DNA from: Gammaproteobacteria bacterium
GTDB lineage: Bacteria; Pseudomonadota; Gammaproteobacteria; Eutrophobiales; Eutrophobiaceae
Length of the DNA: 64,000 nt
Direction: 5' to 3'
NCBI GenBank assembly: GCA_965221695.1
Contig: OZ244905.1
Location: forward strand, 192,001-256,000
The position numbers and the translations under genes were made by a program. Each line of letters starts with the position of its first letter. The first letter of the stretch is position 1. Below, one piece after another: positions 44,962-55,301 of the stretch. Under the pieces are notes generated by a model that was given only the letters and a program-made list of their open reading frames with translations, made no database searches and had not been told where the DNA came from.

Positions 44962-46608
44962 ATGAATAAGATATTGTGTTCTTCAGTGATACTGGCGCTG
45001 GCTTTGGTGTCTTTACAGGTTCCCGGGAAAGATGCCGACAGCGTATATCGCAATGGCCGGATTTACACTGTGGATCAATCCCGTCCCTGGGCGCAAGCCC
45101 TTGCCGTTGAGGGAGACCGGCTGGTTTTTGTCGGTGATGATGAAGACGCCGAAAAATATATCGGTCCAGACACGGACGTCGTCGATCTCGGCGGGCGCAT
45201 GGTTATGCCCGGAATCCACGATGCCCATACCCACCTGTTGTGGGCTGGTCTGCAATTGAATTATGGCTGCCAGTTCTCCCGGGAGGTGAGCCTGGAAGAA
45301 ATGCTGGTTGTGCTGCGGGATTGTGCGGCCGGGCGCAAAACAGATGAATGGCTGGTCGCGGGGCTGTTCGGTTACGAGCAGTTCCCGGAAGGCAAGCCGC
45401 ACAGGTCCTACCTGGATGAAGTGTTTCCTGACACGCCCGTGTACTTGCGTGAAGGGACGTTTCACCATGCCCTGGTAAACACCAGGGCGCTGGAGATAGC
45501 CGGTGTCGATGAGTTAACGCAAGCGCCCTACGGTGGCGCGCTGCCGAGAGATGAGACAGGCAAGCTGACCGGTGAACTGGTGGAGACCGCGACTGAACTG
45601 GTAGAGTCTCACCTCCCGACCATGCCCGCAGACCTGAACCTGGCCGCCCTGCGTTGGGCCGTTGACGTCAACAATCAATACGGCATTACATCAGTGCAGG
45701 AAGCGTCCGCGCATCTGCCCACCCTGCGGACACTTTCCGCTCTTGAAGCTGAAGGCGGATTATCACTGCATGTCGCGGCGCACCTGATCTGGGGCAGCCC
45801 CCAGTTCGGCGCGATGGATAATGACGGCCTAGAGCAACTCATTGAACGGCGCGGAGACTATGCGTCCAAGCACGTGGATGTGGAATTCATCAAGATCTGG
45901 GTGGACGGTTCGCCAACCCCGCCTTATTTCACCCAGGCAGATGTGCTTGCGGATGGCGCAATTGAGTACGATCGCGTACTTTTCCCGCCGAATATGCTGA
46001 ATGATGCCGTCAAACGTTTTGATCGGATGGGACTGAAAATAAAGCTGCATGTTGCCGGCGATGGTTCGGCGCGTGCGGCGCTGGATGCGGTTGAGGCCGC
46101 GCGCGCCGCAAACCCCGGCTCGTCGACAAGGCATGAACTGGGACATACAAACCTCGTTACTCCGGCTGATATGCCCAGGTTTGCCGAACTCGGCGTCATT
46201 GCCGAGATGTCGCCTTCGGTCTGGCACCTGTACGGCAGGTTGCTCGGCGATCCGCCCCGGGACGCCTGGGAATTCGGAACGCTGCACAAACACGGCGCAA
46301 TGTTGACGATAGGCACGGACTGGGTTGTCACCCCAACCCCGAACCTGTTCCCGGCCCTTGAGGGCATGCTGGACCGGGGAGACGAATCGATAGACCTGCC
46401 CACCGCGCTACGGGCAATGACCCTGAACGGCGCTTACGCCGTAGGCCGCGAGACGTCGAGCGGGTCCCTGGAACAGGGCAAATCCGCCGATTTCATCGTT
46501 CTTGATCAAAACCTGTTTGAAATTCCCGTCTCAGAGATCAGCGAAACTCGTGTCTTGATGACAGTATTCGAGGGCAGTAGCGTATACAAAGCGGTGAATT
46601 CAGATTAG
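44962..46608 (+). CDS. Amidohydrolase 3 family (YtcJ-like), secreted
   Basis: PGIHDAHTH, KIWVDG, KLHVAGD, RHELGH, GTDW, GKSADFIVLD. Confidence 0.88.
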   Translation: MNKILCSSVILALALVSLQVPGKDADSVYRNGRIYTVDQSRPWAQALAVEGDRLVFVGDDEDAEKYIGPDTDVVDLGGRMVMPGIHDAHTHLLWAGLQLNYGCQFSREVSLEEMLVVLRDCAAGRKTDEWLVAGLFGYEQFPEGKPHRSYLDEVFPDTPVYLREGTFHHALVNTRALEIAGVDELTQAPYGGALPRDETGKLTGELVETATELVESHLPTMPADLNLAALRWAVDVNNQYGITSVQEASAHLPTLRTLSALEAEGGLSLHVAAHLIWGSPQFGAMDNDGLEQLIERRGDYASKHVDVEFIKIWVDGSPTPPYFTQADVLADGAIEYDRVLFPPNMLNDAVKRFDRMGLKIKLHVAGDGSARAALDAVEAARAANPGSSTRHELGHTNLVTPADMPRFAELGVIAEMSPSVWHLYGRLLGDPPRDAWEFGTLHKHGAMLTIGTDWVVTPTPNLFPALEGMLDRGDESIDLPTALRAMTLNGAYAVGRETSSGSLEQGKSADFIVLDQNLFEIPVSEISETRVLMTVFEGSSVYKAVNSD

Positions 46609-46630
46609 GGACGCGCTATGATGTTGTCGA

Positions 46631-47034
46631 GTGCTAACTAAACTTACAGTTCGTAATTTCAAGCGTTTTGGCAAAGTGGAGGTCGAGCTGGGGAACCCGG
46701 TGGTTTTCATCGGTCCAAACAACTCGGGAAAAACGTCAGCCATGCAGGCGCTGGCTTTGTGGGATATCGGCGTGAAACGCTGGAACGAAAAGCGATCGGG
46801 GAAAATCGCGCCGGAAAAACGACCGGGGGTTATCGTGAACCGGTTCAATGCTCTCTTCCAGTTCCGCTTTTCAAGGCTTATTTTCAACAGAGCTCCCTAC
46901 CAAATCTCATGAGCAAAAAAAGTTTTTGCGAACTGGCGAACTATGTTCCCGAACATGAGATAGATCCTGAGATCAGGGAAAAACTAGATGCGATAGTTGC
47001 AATTGCCGAGAGCGCTATGCGTGTAATGGACTGA
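46631..47034 (+). pseudogene. Collapsed AAA/ABC-type ATPase gene (Walker A N-terminus joined out of frame to the C-terminus)
   Basis: VRNFKRF..IGPNNSGKTS, then in another frame LPNLMSKK..EIDPEIREKLDAI; no Walker B region. Confidence 0.65.
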
Positions 47035-47151
47035 GCTATAATAGTTCGCATTTCTCGCCAAGTGATGATCACGCAATTTGCAACAGTAGCCACATAATTC
47101 AGTAGGCAAACATTATCGTCTTGCCCCAAGCGAACCAGTACAATTTCCGGG

Positions 47152-50100
47152 TTAAGCTATAGACGCGGAATCATCCATGAAGAATACAAAGTGTACATCC
47201 GTCAGGTCGGCTTGATTGTAGTCCAGCAGCGTGACCGTATCGCCGCCATGTTCTGATAAGTCAATGATCAGATCTTCGCCTTGCTGTCGCAGCGACAAAT
47301 CGGCAACGGACTGAATCCCCTCAAATGCCCGTAGCACAATCGTGTCCTCACCATTACCAAAATCCAGGATAGTATCGTCTCCACCATCGGGATAGACGTA
47401 AAATGAATCATCACCTTTACCGCCTTCCAACCGGTCGTTGCCGTAATCAAACCTTTGTATCTTGACTTGAGGCACAATATCAATTGCCGGATCCAAGTCT
47501 ATAGTCTCGGTCTTTACATCCAGGCGATCATTACCCGGCCCGCCCACCAGCAGGTCATCACCAGGACCACCAAGCACCACATCATTGTCAACACCGCCAT
47601 AAACTTTGTCATTGCCGTTATCACCAAACAACCTGTCATGACCCTTTCCGCCATGTACTTCATCATCGCCGTCACCGCCAGAGATATAATCCGAACCACC
47701 TTCAGGCCCACCATATAGCAGGTCGTTTCCACCACGGCCGTAAATCGAGTTGATTCTGAAATCTCCCGCCAGCACATCGTTATGTTCTGAACCAATAAGA
47801 TGTGCTACTTCTGGCGCCTCAAACTCATAGACGGCGCCATCAGCGCCAGTTCGCGTATAGGTCTGGCTGAAGAATATATCACCCTCGGCATCACCGCCTT
47901 TGCCGCCTTTTTCCAGGACCGAATGCAGGCGCACCGTCACGCCGGCATCAGATGATGCATAGGAGGCCGTATCCTCAGCTTGTTCGCCGTCTCTACGCCG
48001 GACATTTGGGCCGCCTTGCAATTTGTCAGCCCCGGGACCACCTTCCAGGATATCATGCCCGTCACCACCTATCAGCCAGTCATCACCTTCCATGCCGTAT
48101 AACCGGTCGTCTCCGCGAAAGCCGTCAAGCCGGTTCGGCCCGTGGGCGCCGGCCAGGATGTCATTCCAAAATGATCCGCGCAGGTTTTCGATATCAGGGA
48201 CGGTTACTTCCTGTACCTTGCCCTCAATGTCGGTATATTTGACCGTTTTAACACCGACAAACGTATCACCTTCCGCCTCACCGCCTCGGGCCGTTCCATC
48301 ATGAAGACGTATTTCGACAGCTTCTCTTGTATAAGTGTAATACGCTGTGTCCTCACCTGGACCTCCTCTTAGCTCGTCTGCGCCATAGTCCCCCTGAAGT
48401 TTGTCATCACCAGCGCCACCATCCAGCTTATCATCACCTGGTTCAAAGCTTCCATGGTCGCCAATAAGATAATCATCCCCGCCACGTCCCTCCAGTACAT
48501 CATTGCCGTCCCAGCCCCGCAATTGGTTGGCGCGCAGATCGCCGATCAAAATATCATCAGCATTTGAACCGGTCAGGTTCTCAATATCCGGCACTACCGC
48601 CTGATGAATAGCGCCGTGCTCATCTGCATACTCAATAGTCTGTAGGCCGGCAAATACGTCGCCTTCCGCGTCACCGCCCCGGAGAGTAGCATCATGCAGG
48701 CTTGCCTCTATTCCAACCCACGAATCGAAATAAAATGCTTCGTCGATACCGGCGCCACCTCGCAAGATATCAGCGCCCGGCCCACCCCTGAGACCATCAT
48801 CGCCGGCGCCTCCATGGAGCTCATCGTTACCGCTTCCACCGCCGATCAAGTCATCGCCGGCGCCTCCATGGAGCTCATCGTTACCGCTTCCACCGCCGAT
48901 CGAGTCATCACCTTCTCCACCGTGCAAAAGATCATCGCCCCGCTCGCCAGAAAGTTCATCAAGCCCTGGCCCCCCTTCCAGTTGGTCATTGCCCTGTTCG
49001 CCATATAGCCAATCATTACCTTCTCCGCCTTCTAACCGATCATCACCCTGCTCACCATAAAGACTATCATCCCCTTCTCCGCCTTCCAACCGATCATCAC
49101 CCGGTCCACCATAAAGTTGATCTCTCCCGCCGCCGCCGATTAATACATCATCGCCTTGCCCGCCATAAAGATAATCAAACCAGTCTCCACCATACAAATA
49201 ATCCATGCCCTGCTCACCATATAGATAATCTAAATCTTCCCCGCCCTCCAACCGATCATCGCCCAAGCCACCATAAAGATAATCCAACCCGCCGCCGCCC
49301 ATTAATACATCATCGCCCGCCAGTCCGTTGAGAATATCCGATCCTCTCATTCCCTCCAACCGGTTCGGCCCGTCTGTGCCGGTCAGATCATCACCAGATT
49401 GCGTGCCGATCAGGTTTTCGATGTCCGGCGCCATAACCTGTTGCAAGTTGCCGTCAGCGTCGTAGTACTCAACCATCTGCATACCAGGAAATGTATCGCC
49501 CTGCGCATCACCAGAATAAGCTTCGCCGGTACTCAGGTTGACTTCTACCCCATCGTTTGCAGCTCCAAACGCGTCATACGATACCGTATCGTTACCTGTC
49601 CCTCCTATCAGCACATCAGAGCCAGAACCACCCATCAATATATCGTCACCCTCCCTGCCGTTAAGCGTATCGTCACCATCGGTCCCTAACAGATAATTCT
49701 CACCTTCATTGCCAACCAGGATATCATCGTAGGAAGAGCCTCTAATCGCCTCAATATCAACCACCGAGGCTTGTCTCGTAACCCCTTCAGCATCTAGATA
49801 TTCAATCGTTTGCCGCCCTGGAAACGTATCACCCTCCGCATCACCGCCTCTGGCAGTCCCGTCATGCAGGCGTATCTCTACCCCCTGCTTTGAATACACG
49901 TAACTAATCCCGTCGAAACCTGCTCCGCCACGAATAGAGTCCGCACCCGGTGATCCTTCAAGCGTATCATCGCCATCGGTACCCGTCATCACATCCTCAC
50001 CATCACTGCCTTCAAAATATAGCGGGTTTGAAATGACGATGATATATTGTCCGCCGTTTTCCTCACTCGTGTTGCCCGTATAGCTACTGGCGCTCAGGTA

Positions 50101-50418
50101 AAATACACCGCTGTTGTTCGGTGTGAAGCTCAACGCCGAGGAAAGGTTTCCTGCCGCGAAGTCCACATCTTCATTCTCCGCAACCAGTTCCCCGGCAGCG
50201 TTATATACACGAAGAAGCGTATCCACCACGCCATTTGGTCCGTCTCCATCCAAGATGATTTCATAGGTCAGCCCATCATTGAGTTCAATGCTGACCCAGT
50301 CTTCGTCGAAACGTCCGTCCAGGTGTCCAAGAAATATGCCGCCGGCCAGGGTGCGGTAACTGGTGTCAGTATTAGCTTGGGCATCACCATAATTCTCAAA
50401 GAAAGTATAATTTGACAT
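47152..50418 (-). CDS. RTX-type calcium-binding repeat protein with N-terminal PPC-like domain
   Basis: Many GGxGxDxLx nonapeptides, repeated GGDAEGD..IENLxGS modules, no Sec signal, typical RTX C-terminus (DTILDF..DTIVL). Confidence 0.88.
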   Translation of the reverse strand: MSNYTFFENYGDAQANTDTSYRTLAGGIFLGHLDGRFDEDWVSIELNDGLTYEIILDGDGPNGVVDTLLRVYNAAGELVAENEDVDFAAGNLSSALSFTPNNSGVFYLSASSYTGNTSEENGGQYIIVISNPLYFEGSDGEDVMTGTDGDDTLEGSPGADSIRGGAGFDGISYVYSKQGVEIRLHDGTARGGDAEGDTFPGRQTIEYLDAEGVTRQASVVDIEAIRGSSYDDILVGNEGENYLLGTDGDDTLNGREGDDILMGGSGSDVLIGGTGNDTVSYDAFGAANDGVEVNLSTGEAYSGDAQGDTFPGMQMVEYYDADGNLQQVMAPDIENLIGTQSGDDLTGTDGPNRLEGMRGSDILNGLAGDDVLMGGGGLDYLYGGLGDDRLEGGEDLDYLYGEQGMDYLYGGDWFDYLYGGQGDDVLIGGGGRDQLYGGPGDDRLEGGEGDDSLYGEQGDDRLEGGEGNDWLYGEQGNDQLEGGPGLDELSGERGDDLLHGGEGDDSIGGGSGNDELHGGAGDDLIGGGSGNDELHGGAGDDGLRGGPGADILRGGAGIDEAFYFDSWVGIEASLHDATLRGGDAEGDVFAGLQTIEYADEHGAIHQAVVPDIENLTGSNADDILIGDLRANQLRGWDGNDVLEGRGGDDYLIGDHGSFEPGDDKLDGGAGDDKLQGDYGADELRGGPGEDTAYYTYTREAVEIRLHDGTARGGEAEGDTFVGVKTVKYTDIEGKVQEVTVPDIENLRGSFWNDILAGAHGPNRLDGFRGDDRLYGMEGDDWLIGGDGHDILEGGPGADKLQGGPNVRRRDGEQAEDTASYASSDAGVTVRLHSVLEKGGKGGDAEGDIFFSQTYTRTGADGAVYEFEAPEVAHLIGSEHNDVLAGDFRINSIYGRGGNDLLYGGPEGGSDYISGGDGDDEVHGGKGHDRLFGDNGNDKVYGGVDNDVVLGGPGDDLLVGGPGNDRLDVKTETIDLDPAIDIVPQVKIQRFDYGNDRLEGGKGDDSFYVYPDGGDDTILDFGNGEDTIVLRAFEGIQSVADLSLRQQGEDLIIDLSEHGGDTVTLLDYNQADLTDVHFVFFMDDSASIA

Positions 50419-50539
50419 GTGTTGTTCCCCCTGGATTTTCGTTCCGCCTGCGCATCAGCCTAGCATGACTATTGTTGCCGCTTGTGTGCCACTTTGAAAA
50501 GCTGAACCTCACAGCGGCCTGGTGCGGTCGCCACTGCAG

Positions 50540-50650
50540 TCTATTGCTCATGCAAGCGGCCTGAGCGAAAGCGTTCCGATCCGACAATGCCCTTGTGGGG
50601 ATATTAATACCCTCAATATAATAGCTGGGGCCAGGGTTGTAGCGCTATCT
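50540..50650 (-). pseudogene. Degenerate copy of the 5' part of the Xre-type antitoxin gene
   Basis: GPSYYIEGINIP...SDRNAFAQAA matches GPSYYIEGIDIP..SDRNSLIQAA of 52245-52688. Confidence 0.7.
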
Positions 50651-50893
50651 GATTAATCTTGCGCTAGACCCTCAAAAGTGAACCGGGAACGGGGATGCTT
50701 TTGTGGAAGTTGTCCGCTTGTTTCGTCGAAGCCTACTTAGCGCTTCCGGCAACACAGTTGTCAATATTAGCCATATAACTCAATGAGTATACAGTGTTAT
50801 CGCCTCAATCCAAGCGAATTGTAGCAACACCTGGACCGAACCCCGCTGGGGGTTTGTCACAAGTTAACCGGCAAAAATTAAATTGAAACGGTA

Positions 50894-51301
50894 CTAGTTA
50901 GGGTCTGGAGCAGGCCCTTTAGAAGCACAATCAACTAATACCTGTTCAGGGTATATGCGATGCTTGTCTGTGATTGCATCCACAATTCCCAAGTCTAGGA
51001 AGACTGCACTGGCCACAATTTTTGCACCAATAGAACTTTTTGCGCTCATTAAATATCTGTTGTTATCTTCATCGGAGCATTCTACACGCAGTGAATCATC
51101 GGAACGACGTATCATGGCGCTGCCTGGGAGTTCTACAGACCATGAACCACGTTTGTTCGACATATTGCAACTGATTTTCTTCTCACCACAGTTCATTCCA
51201 ATAAACTGGATCTGTTGATTCGGATCATTTGTGAGGGTTGCACAGGAACTCATCATCAGCAAACTGATTGCGACTGTAATGCTAAACATTTTATGCTTCA
51301 T
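50894..51301 (-). CDS. Hypothetical lipoprotein
   Basis: LMMSSC lipobox-like site followed by ATL; PGS..IRRS..L.VEC; G.VDAIT....YP. Confidence 0.7.
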   Translation of the reverse strand: MKHKMFSITVAISLLMMSSCATLTNDPNQQIQFIGMNCGEKKISCNMSNKRGSWSVELPGSAMIRRSDDSLRVECSDEDNNRYLMSAKSSIGAKIVASAVFLDLGIVDAITDKHRIYPEQVLVDCASKGPAPDPN

Positions 51302-51445
51302 AGTATGAATCCTTCTGATATTTTCCTTCATTATTCAGGAATCTTTACCGGGTAGTCAAGAGGTATTTTGAGGTGTGTATTTTGAGGTGTTTTTCCACGG
51401 GGGAATTTTGACAGTTTGTTGAAAATGACGCAGTTGTTGAATAAT

Positions 51446-51651
51446 GAGACGGCACGCGGATCCCTGGAACAGGGCAAATCCGCCGATTTCATCGTTCTCG
51501 ATCAAAACCTGTTCGACATTCTCGTCTCCGAAATTAGTGAGACCAGGGTATTAAGGACGGTATTCGAGGGCAGTACCGTATACAAAGCGGCGAATTCAGA
51601 TTAGGGATGCGCTATGATAATGTCAAATGCTTACTAAACTTACAATTCGTA
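51446..51651 (+). pseudogene. Duplicated 3' end of the amidohydrolase plus start of the ATPase remnant
   Basis: Direct repeat of 46450-46655 (GSLEQGKSADFIVLDQNLF..YKA.NSD* then GGA(C/T)GCGCTATGAT..CTAAACTTACA). Confidence 0.85.
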
Positions 51652-51753
51652 TTTTGGCGAGATTTCCGGGCTAATGCACTGAGCTATAGACATCGTTTGC
51701 AACAGCGAAAAGGTCAATCGCTTTGCTACAAACGAACTGGCGCTATGCCCGGG

Positions 51754-52245
51754 TTATGGGCGGAGGCGTTCACTTTGAGGCGAAAATGCGCGCTTGTTGA
51801 AGATGTCTTTTTCCACAGAAACCAGCTTCAACTGTCGCGCAGCAGGATGTGCAGGATTGATCAGGGCGATATGTTCCAGCCCACCCGGGATCGCTGCGCT
51901 CGGCACAAGCAGTAGCGCTGAGGTCGCTGCCCGGAGCCAGTGGCTACCCAAGGCTTGGGTCGCGGCAGGGTATGGATAATCGTTCCAGTCTGCCGGCAGG
52001 TCTTCAATTCTCCACTGTTCAAAGCCGATGGTGCCGCTCTCAAAGATGCCAAGGCGATAGCTTTTTGGAATCAGTCGGGGTGAGCGCAAGTAGTTGGCCA
52101 TTTCCAACATGGCCACACTGGCGGAACAGGCAAAATACAGAACCGGCAAACCAGCGTTGTTCCAGCGTCCGCCATCCTGGTAGCTTGCCCCCCGTCCACT
52201 GTAATTTTCCAACAGGTTTTCCGGGCAGATCCGGTACAGTCGCAT
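51754..52245 (-). CDS. RES-domain toxin (NAD+-degrading family)
   Basis: MRLYRI, GGRWN..G..VLYF, AMLE, LVPSA, INPAHP. Confidence 0.88.
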   Translation of the reverse strand: MRLYRICPENLLENYSGRGASYQDGGRWNNAGLPVLYFACSASVAMLEMANYLRSPRLIPKSYRLGIFESGTIGFEQWRIEDLPADWNDYPYPAATQALGSHWLRAATSALLLVPSAAIPGGLEHIALINPAHPAARQLKLVSVEKDIFNKRAFSPQSERLRP

Positions 52246-52688
52246 CAGGCAAATTCGCCGTGCTCGATCTTGTTCAACGCGCCCTGCACTAGTGCGCGAC
52301 CGGCAAAGGTATCGCACAGTTCCAGGGGACTGTAACCGCCCAAGGCCGGGAGGACTGTTTCCAGCCATTCACGCGCGCCGTCAAGATCGCCGAAGACCGT
52401 AATGGCCCTGGCAAAGACACATAACATGTCAAGCACCCCTTCCGACTGGACCGGACTGAGGACTTTGCGGCGATAGTACCGGTTCAGGTTTCCACCTGTC
52501 GTCTCCAGCAGGCGGACAAATACCTCGCGGTGTCCCAGGATACTGACTGCTTGCCTGATCACATCGCCAGGCAATCCCCTGCGAGCGGCCTGAATAAGAG
52601 AGTTTCTATCCGAGAATACCGCTGCGGGAATATCAATGCCTTCAATATAATAGCTGGGACCAGAGTTCTGGTGTAATGTCTGCTGCAT
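52245..52688 (-). CDS. Xre/MbcA/ParS-type antitoxin
   Basis: VFGDLDGAREWL...PALGG..PLELCDT..G..LV; TGATG coupling with the RES gene. Confidence 0.88.
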   Translation of the reverse strand: MQQTLHQNSGPSYYIEGIDIPAAVFSDRNSLIQAARRGLPGDVIRQAVSILGHREVFVRLLETTGGNLNRYYRRKVLSPVQSEGVLDMLCVFARAITVFGDLDGAREWLETVLPALGGYSPLELCDTFAGRALVQGALNKIEHGEFA

Positions 52689-52979
52689 CTTGTCACGCTC
52701 CGGAAAAAATAGCTCCATGCCAGTATAGCATCAAAATGATGAATATACTACATCATTAAGCGATTCCCGAAACTAGCATACTATGTTAGTCTCCCCAGTG
52801 AAGTTGAGGGCAACTTTCTACGACTACAATCGCTGATTAAAGGGCGGTATCTTTATGAAGATTAGGGACGCGCTAAAGATAAATAGGCAAGCATTATCGC
52901 CTTGTTCCAAGCGAATTAACGCTATGTCCGGACAAAACCCCGTAGGGTCGCCTATGACAAGTTAACCGGTTAGAATTAA

Positions 52980-53006
52980 GGAAGCTCTGACTTAATCAGA
53001 GCTTCC
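52980..53006. mobile_element. 27-bp minimal MITE with TTAA target duplication
   Basis: TTAA-GGAAGCTCTGA-CTTAA-TCAGAGCTTCC-TTAA; the paralogous site at 50878-50881 has a single TTAA. Confidence 0.85.
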
Positions 53007-53022
53007 TTAAATTGAAACAGTA

Positions 53023-53175
53023 CTAGTTGGAGTCGTCTGGAGCAGGCCCTTTAGAAGCACAATCAACTAATACCTGTTCAGGGTATATGCGATGCTTGTC
53101 TGTGATTGCATCCACAATTCCCAAGTCCAGGAAGACTGCACTGGATTCAAGAATATGTAGCGGGTAGTCAAGAGA
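53023..53175 (-). pseudogene. Collapsed second copy of the 50894-51301 lipoprotein gene
   Basis: 53023-53144 is near-identical to 50894-51012, then jumps to the upstream sequence (CGGGTAGTCAAGAG as at 51349). Confidence 0.85.
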
Positions 53176-53288
53176 TTTTTTTACAGGTATTAGCAACAAT
53201 ATGATTAGTCCGCTCCTGTCTTTTATCGATGATTTTTTGTCATTTTACATAACGACGCAACCCTACTGCGCCAAACCTGGGGCAGCTT

Positions 53289-54461
53289 CTATCCAACAGG
53301 TCTGCCAATTCTAACCAGGTGCTCCCGCTTCTGGATGCCTCGGTTACAGCGGCTGGCCAATTGTCTCCAGACACTGATGTTCCGGTCCGCTTCGTACAGG
53401 TGTTCTTCGGTCCATGCCTCGTCGTAACGGTAGTATTCCTGTTGCGCTTCTCTGGCCCAGATGTCGTCGTTATTAAAGCCTTGCAAAGCCATTTCATTCC
53501 ATTTTTCGTCAAACTCGCGGTCAAAATCTGGCCGGTCATATTCCTGTTCAATCTTCTTGCCGATGGTCTGAATGTAGTAATGCCGATCTTCATCAATCGG
53601 CACATACCATTCGAACTGGGTCATCGTCGGGCCGGGCCAGGGGGTAACACGCAAGACGCCAGGCAACCAGATGGAAATATTATAGGCAACCGGCGTTGTG
53701 CCCAGGTTGCCACGTAGAACTGTATCGCCCTGAACCTTACCATCAAACACCGGTTCACAATGTTCAAACAGCTTGTCATAGACTCCTTTGGGGCCGGTTT
53801 TGTCCTCCACAATTTCAAATGCATCCCTGCTGGTGGGAACCAGGCCCAGTGGTAGTATGAGGTCGTTGCCTTTTACCAGGATGGAATCTTTGTGTATGAA
53901 GATGTGAGTGCTGTCAAAGCCGTTTTCGCAACCGATACGCCAGTTTGCTTGTACTTCCGTTCTGCGTCCTCTGACGTGAATATCATCATCCAGGAATGTT
54001 GGCGGGACATCATCGGCAAGTGGTGGTGGGTCCATGTCTCCCATGAACACGAAGATCATGCCTTTTGCCTCCATGACGGGAAAGGTATCAATGCGCAGCC
54101 TGCCGATCATGTTGCTTTTCGGATTTGCAATAATGTCGCATAACACGCCGGAAGCGAGATTGAAGGTGAAACCGTGGTACCAGCAGGTTACTGTACCCTT
54201 TTTGTAGCATTCGACCTTCCTCGAAAATGCGACCCCATGGTGCAGGCAGCGGTCGCGGACAGCGTGTGCTTTGCCGTCAACCCGTGCCAGCAACAATCGG
54301 TCTCCCAGTAGCGGAAAGGGTTTGAACTCCCCTTCCGCCAGTTCATCGGAAAACAGGGTAGGGTACCAGTGGTTACGAAATCCCAGCTTGGCATCAATAT
54401 ACTCCCGGAACGGAGAAATTTTTGTGGAACTTGATCGCTTGTTAATATCGTCAGAAGGCAT
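53289..54461 (-). CDS. carAa: CarAa-like angular Rieske dioxygenase (carbazole 1,9a-dioxygenase family)
   Basis: DAKLGFRNHWYP, DRCLH..CWYH, ENGFD..HIFIHKDS, ISIWLPGVL, QFEWYVPIDE, GFNNDDIWARE. Confidence 0.85.
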   Translation of the reverse strand: MPSDDINKRSSSTKISPFREYIDAKLGFRNHWYPTLFSDELAEGEFKPFPLLGDRLLLARVDGKAHAVRDRCLHHGVAFSRKVECYKKGTVTCWYHGFTFNLASGVLCDIIANPKSNMIGRLRIDTFPVMEAKGMIFVFMGDMDPPPLADDVPPTFLDDDIHVRGRRTEVQANWRIGCENGFDSTHIFIHKDSILVKGNDLILPLGLVPTSRDAFEIVEDKTGPKGVYDKLFEHCEPVFDGKVQGDTVLRGNLGTTPVAYNISIWLPGVLRVTPWPGPTMTQFEWYVPIDEDRHYYIQTIGKKIEQEYDRPDFDREFDEKWNEMALQGFNNDDIWAREAQQEYYRYDEAWTEEHLYEADRNISVWRQLASRCNRGIQKREHLVRIGRPVG

Positions 54462-54500
54462 TTTCCTGCTCCTCTAGCTGCCGGTTACATTAACCTGTTT

Positions 54501-54938
54501 TCAACCGGATGTTACGCGTTCCCATACCAATAGCGCGGTTCTGGCCTCGGGTGTGCCGTCTTCCAGGCGCGCGGCGATGTGGAGTTGGCCATCGATCAGT
54601 TGGATCTTTCTTACCTGTTGTTTGCCGATCCAGTCGGGGTACAGGCTGATCTCGATATGGTGGGTTGCCGTGTCGCCATTTAACTCGTAACGCCCGCAGT
54701 ATGTCAGGTAATCATCGTAGGCGCCGGCTTTTTCTGAATTGTCCGCGGTCCATTGTTTGCCTGTCGTGAACGGCTTGCGTCGGCATTTTTGGATGGCGCA
54801 GAACATGGATTGATCGGAGCCGTAGTAGATGCGGCCTTCAACATGCTTGCCGAACGGGTAGATTACCCTGCCGTCATCGTAACGTTGCTCCATGGATAGC
54901 AGGTTCCAGAGACCTTCGATGTCTTTTTGCTCAAACAT
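54501..54938 (-). CDS. Lipocalin-like domain protein
   Basis: G.WNLLS, PFG....GRIYY, Y.TYCGRY, HHIEISLYPDWIG..Q.R, LVWER. Confidence 0.75.
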   Translation of the reverse strand: MFEQKDIEGLWNLLSMEQRYDDGRVIYPFGKHVEGRIYYGSDQSMFCAIQKCRRKPFTTGKQWTADNSEKAGAYDDYLTYCGRYELNGDTATHHIEISLYPDWIGKQQVRKIQLIDGQLHIAARLEDGTPEARTALLVWERVTSG

Positions 54939-55257
54939 CTTCAAGTTTGAACGCGGGAGAATTTGCCACCGACGTCGGTTCCAGTATGCCTTTTTCCGCC
55001 GCTGTCTCAAGTATCGCCTGGGCTTCGGCTCGCCGTTCCGGTGGCAGCCAGCGACGTTCATGGCCCCAGATACTGGGGCCGTACATCAATTCCGGTACCC
55101 ACCGGTCGACATCGATAAGTCTGCCGGCCCAGCCGGTTTCGATCATGGGGTTGCCGTCCATCACCTGCATGCCCAGGTAATCGCCGGCGAACGTGCGCCA
55201 GGCCGCGCTGTCAGATGCGGTAATGCCTATGTATCCCAGTTGTGTGTAGCGCATCAT
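54931..55257 (-). pseudogene. Extradiol dioxygenase (BphC/HsaC-type) with a large in-frame internal deletion
   Basis: N-terminal LGYIGI..SD..AWRTFA..LGMQ joined directly to C-terminal IETGWAGR..W...SIWGH; only ~108 codons. Confidence 0.75.
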
Positions 55258-55301
55258 TATGAGTATGCATCCATTATCGTCTTGCCTCAAGGCGTGGCCT
55301 A

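Noticed and set aside
47040-53020. Integron cassette array (shared motifs after stops of minus-strand genes, GCTTAAC after the RTX gene)
   Set aside because: No consistent RYYYAAC..GTTRRRY pairing and no integrase; tandem duplication explains the motifs better
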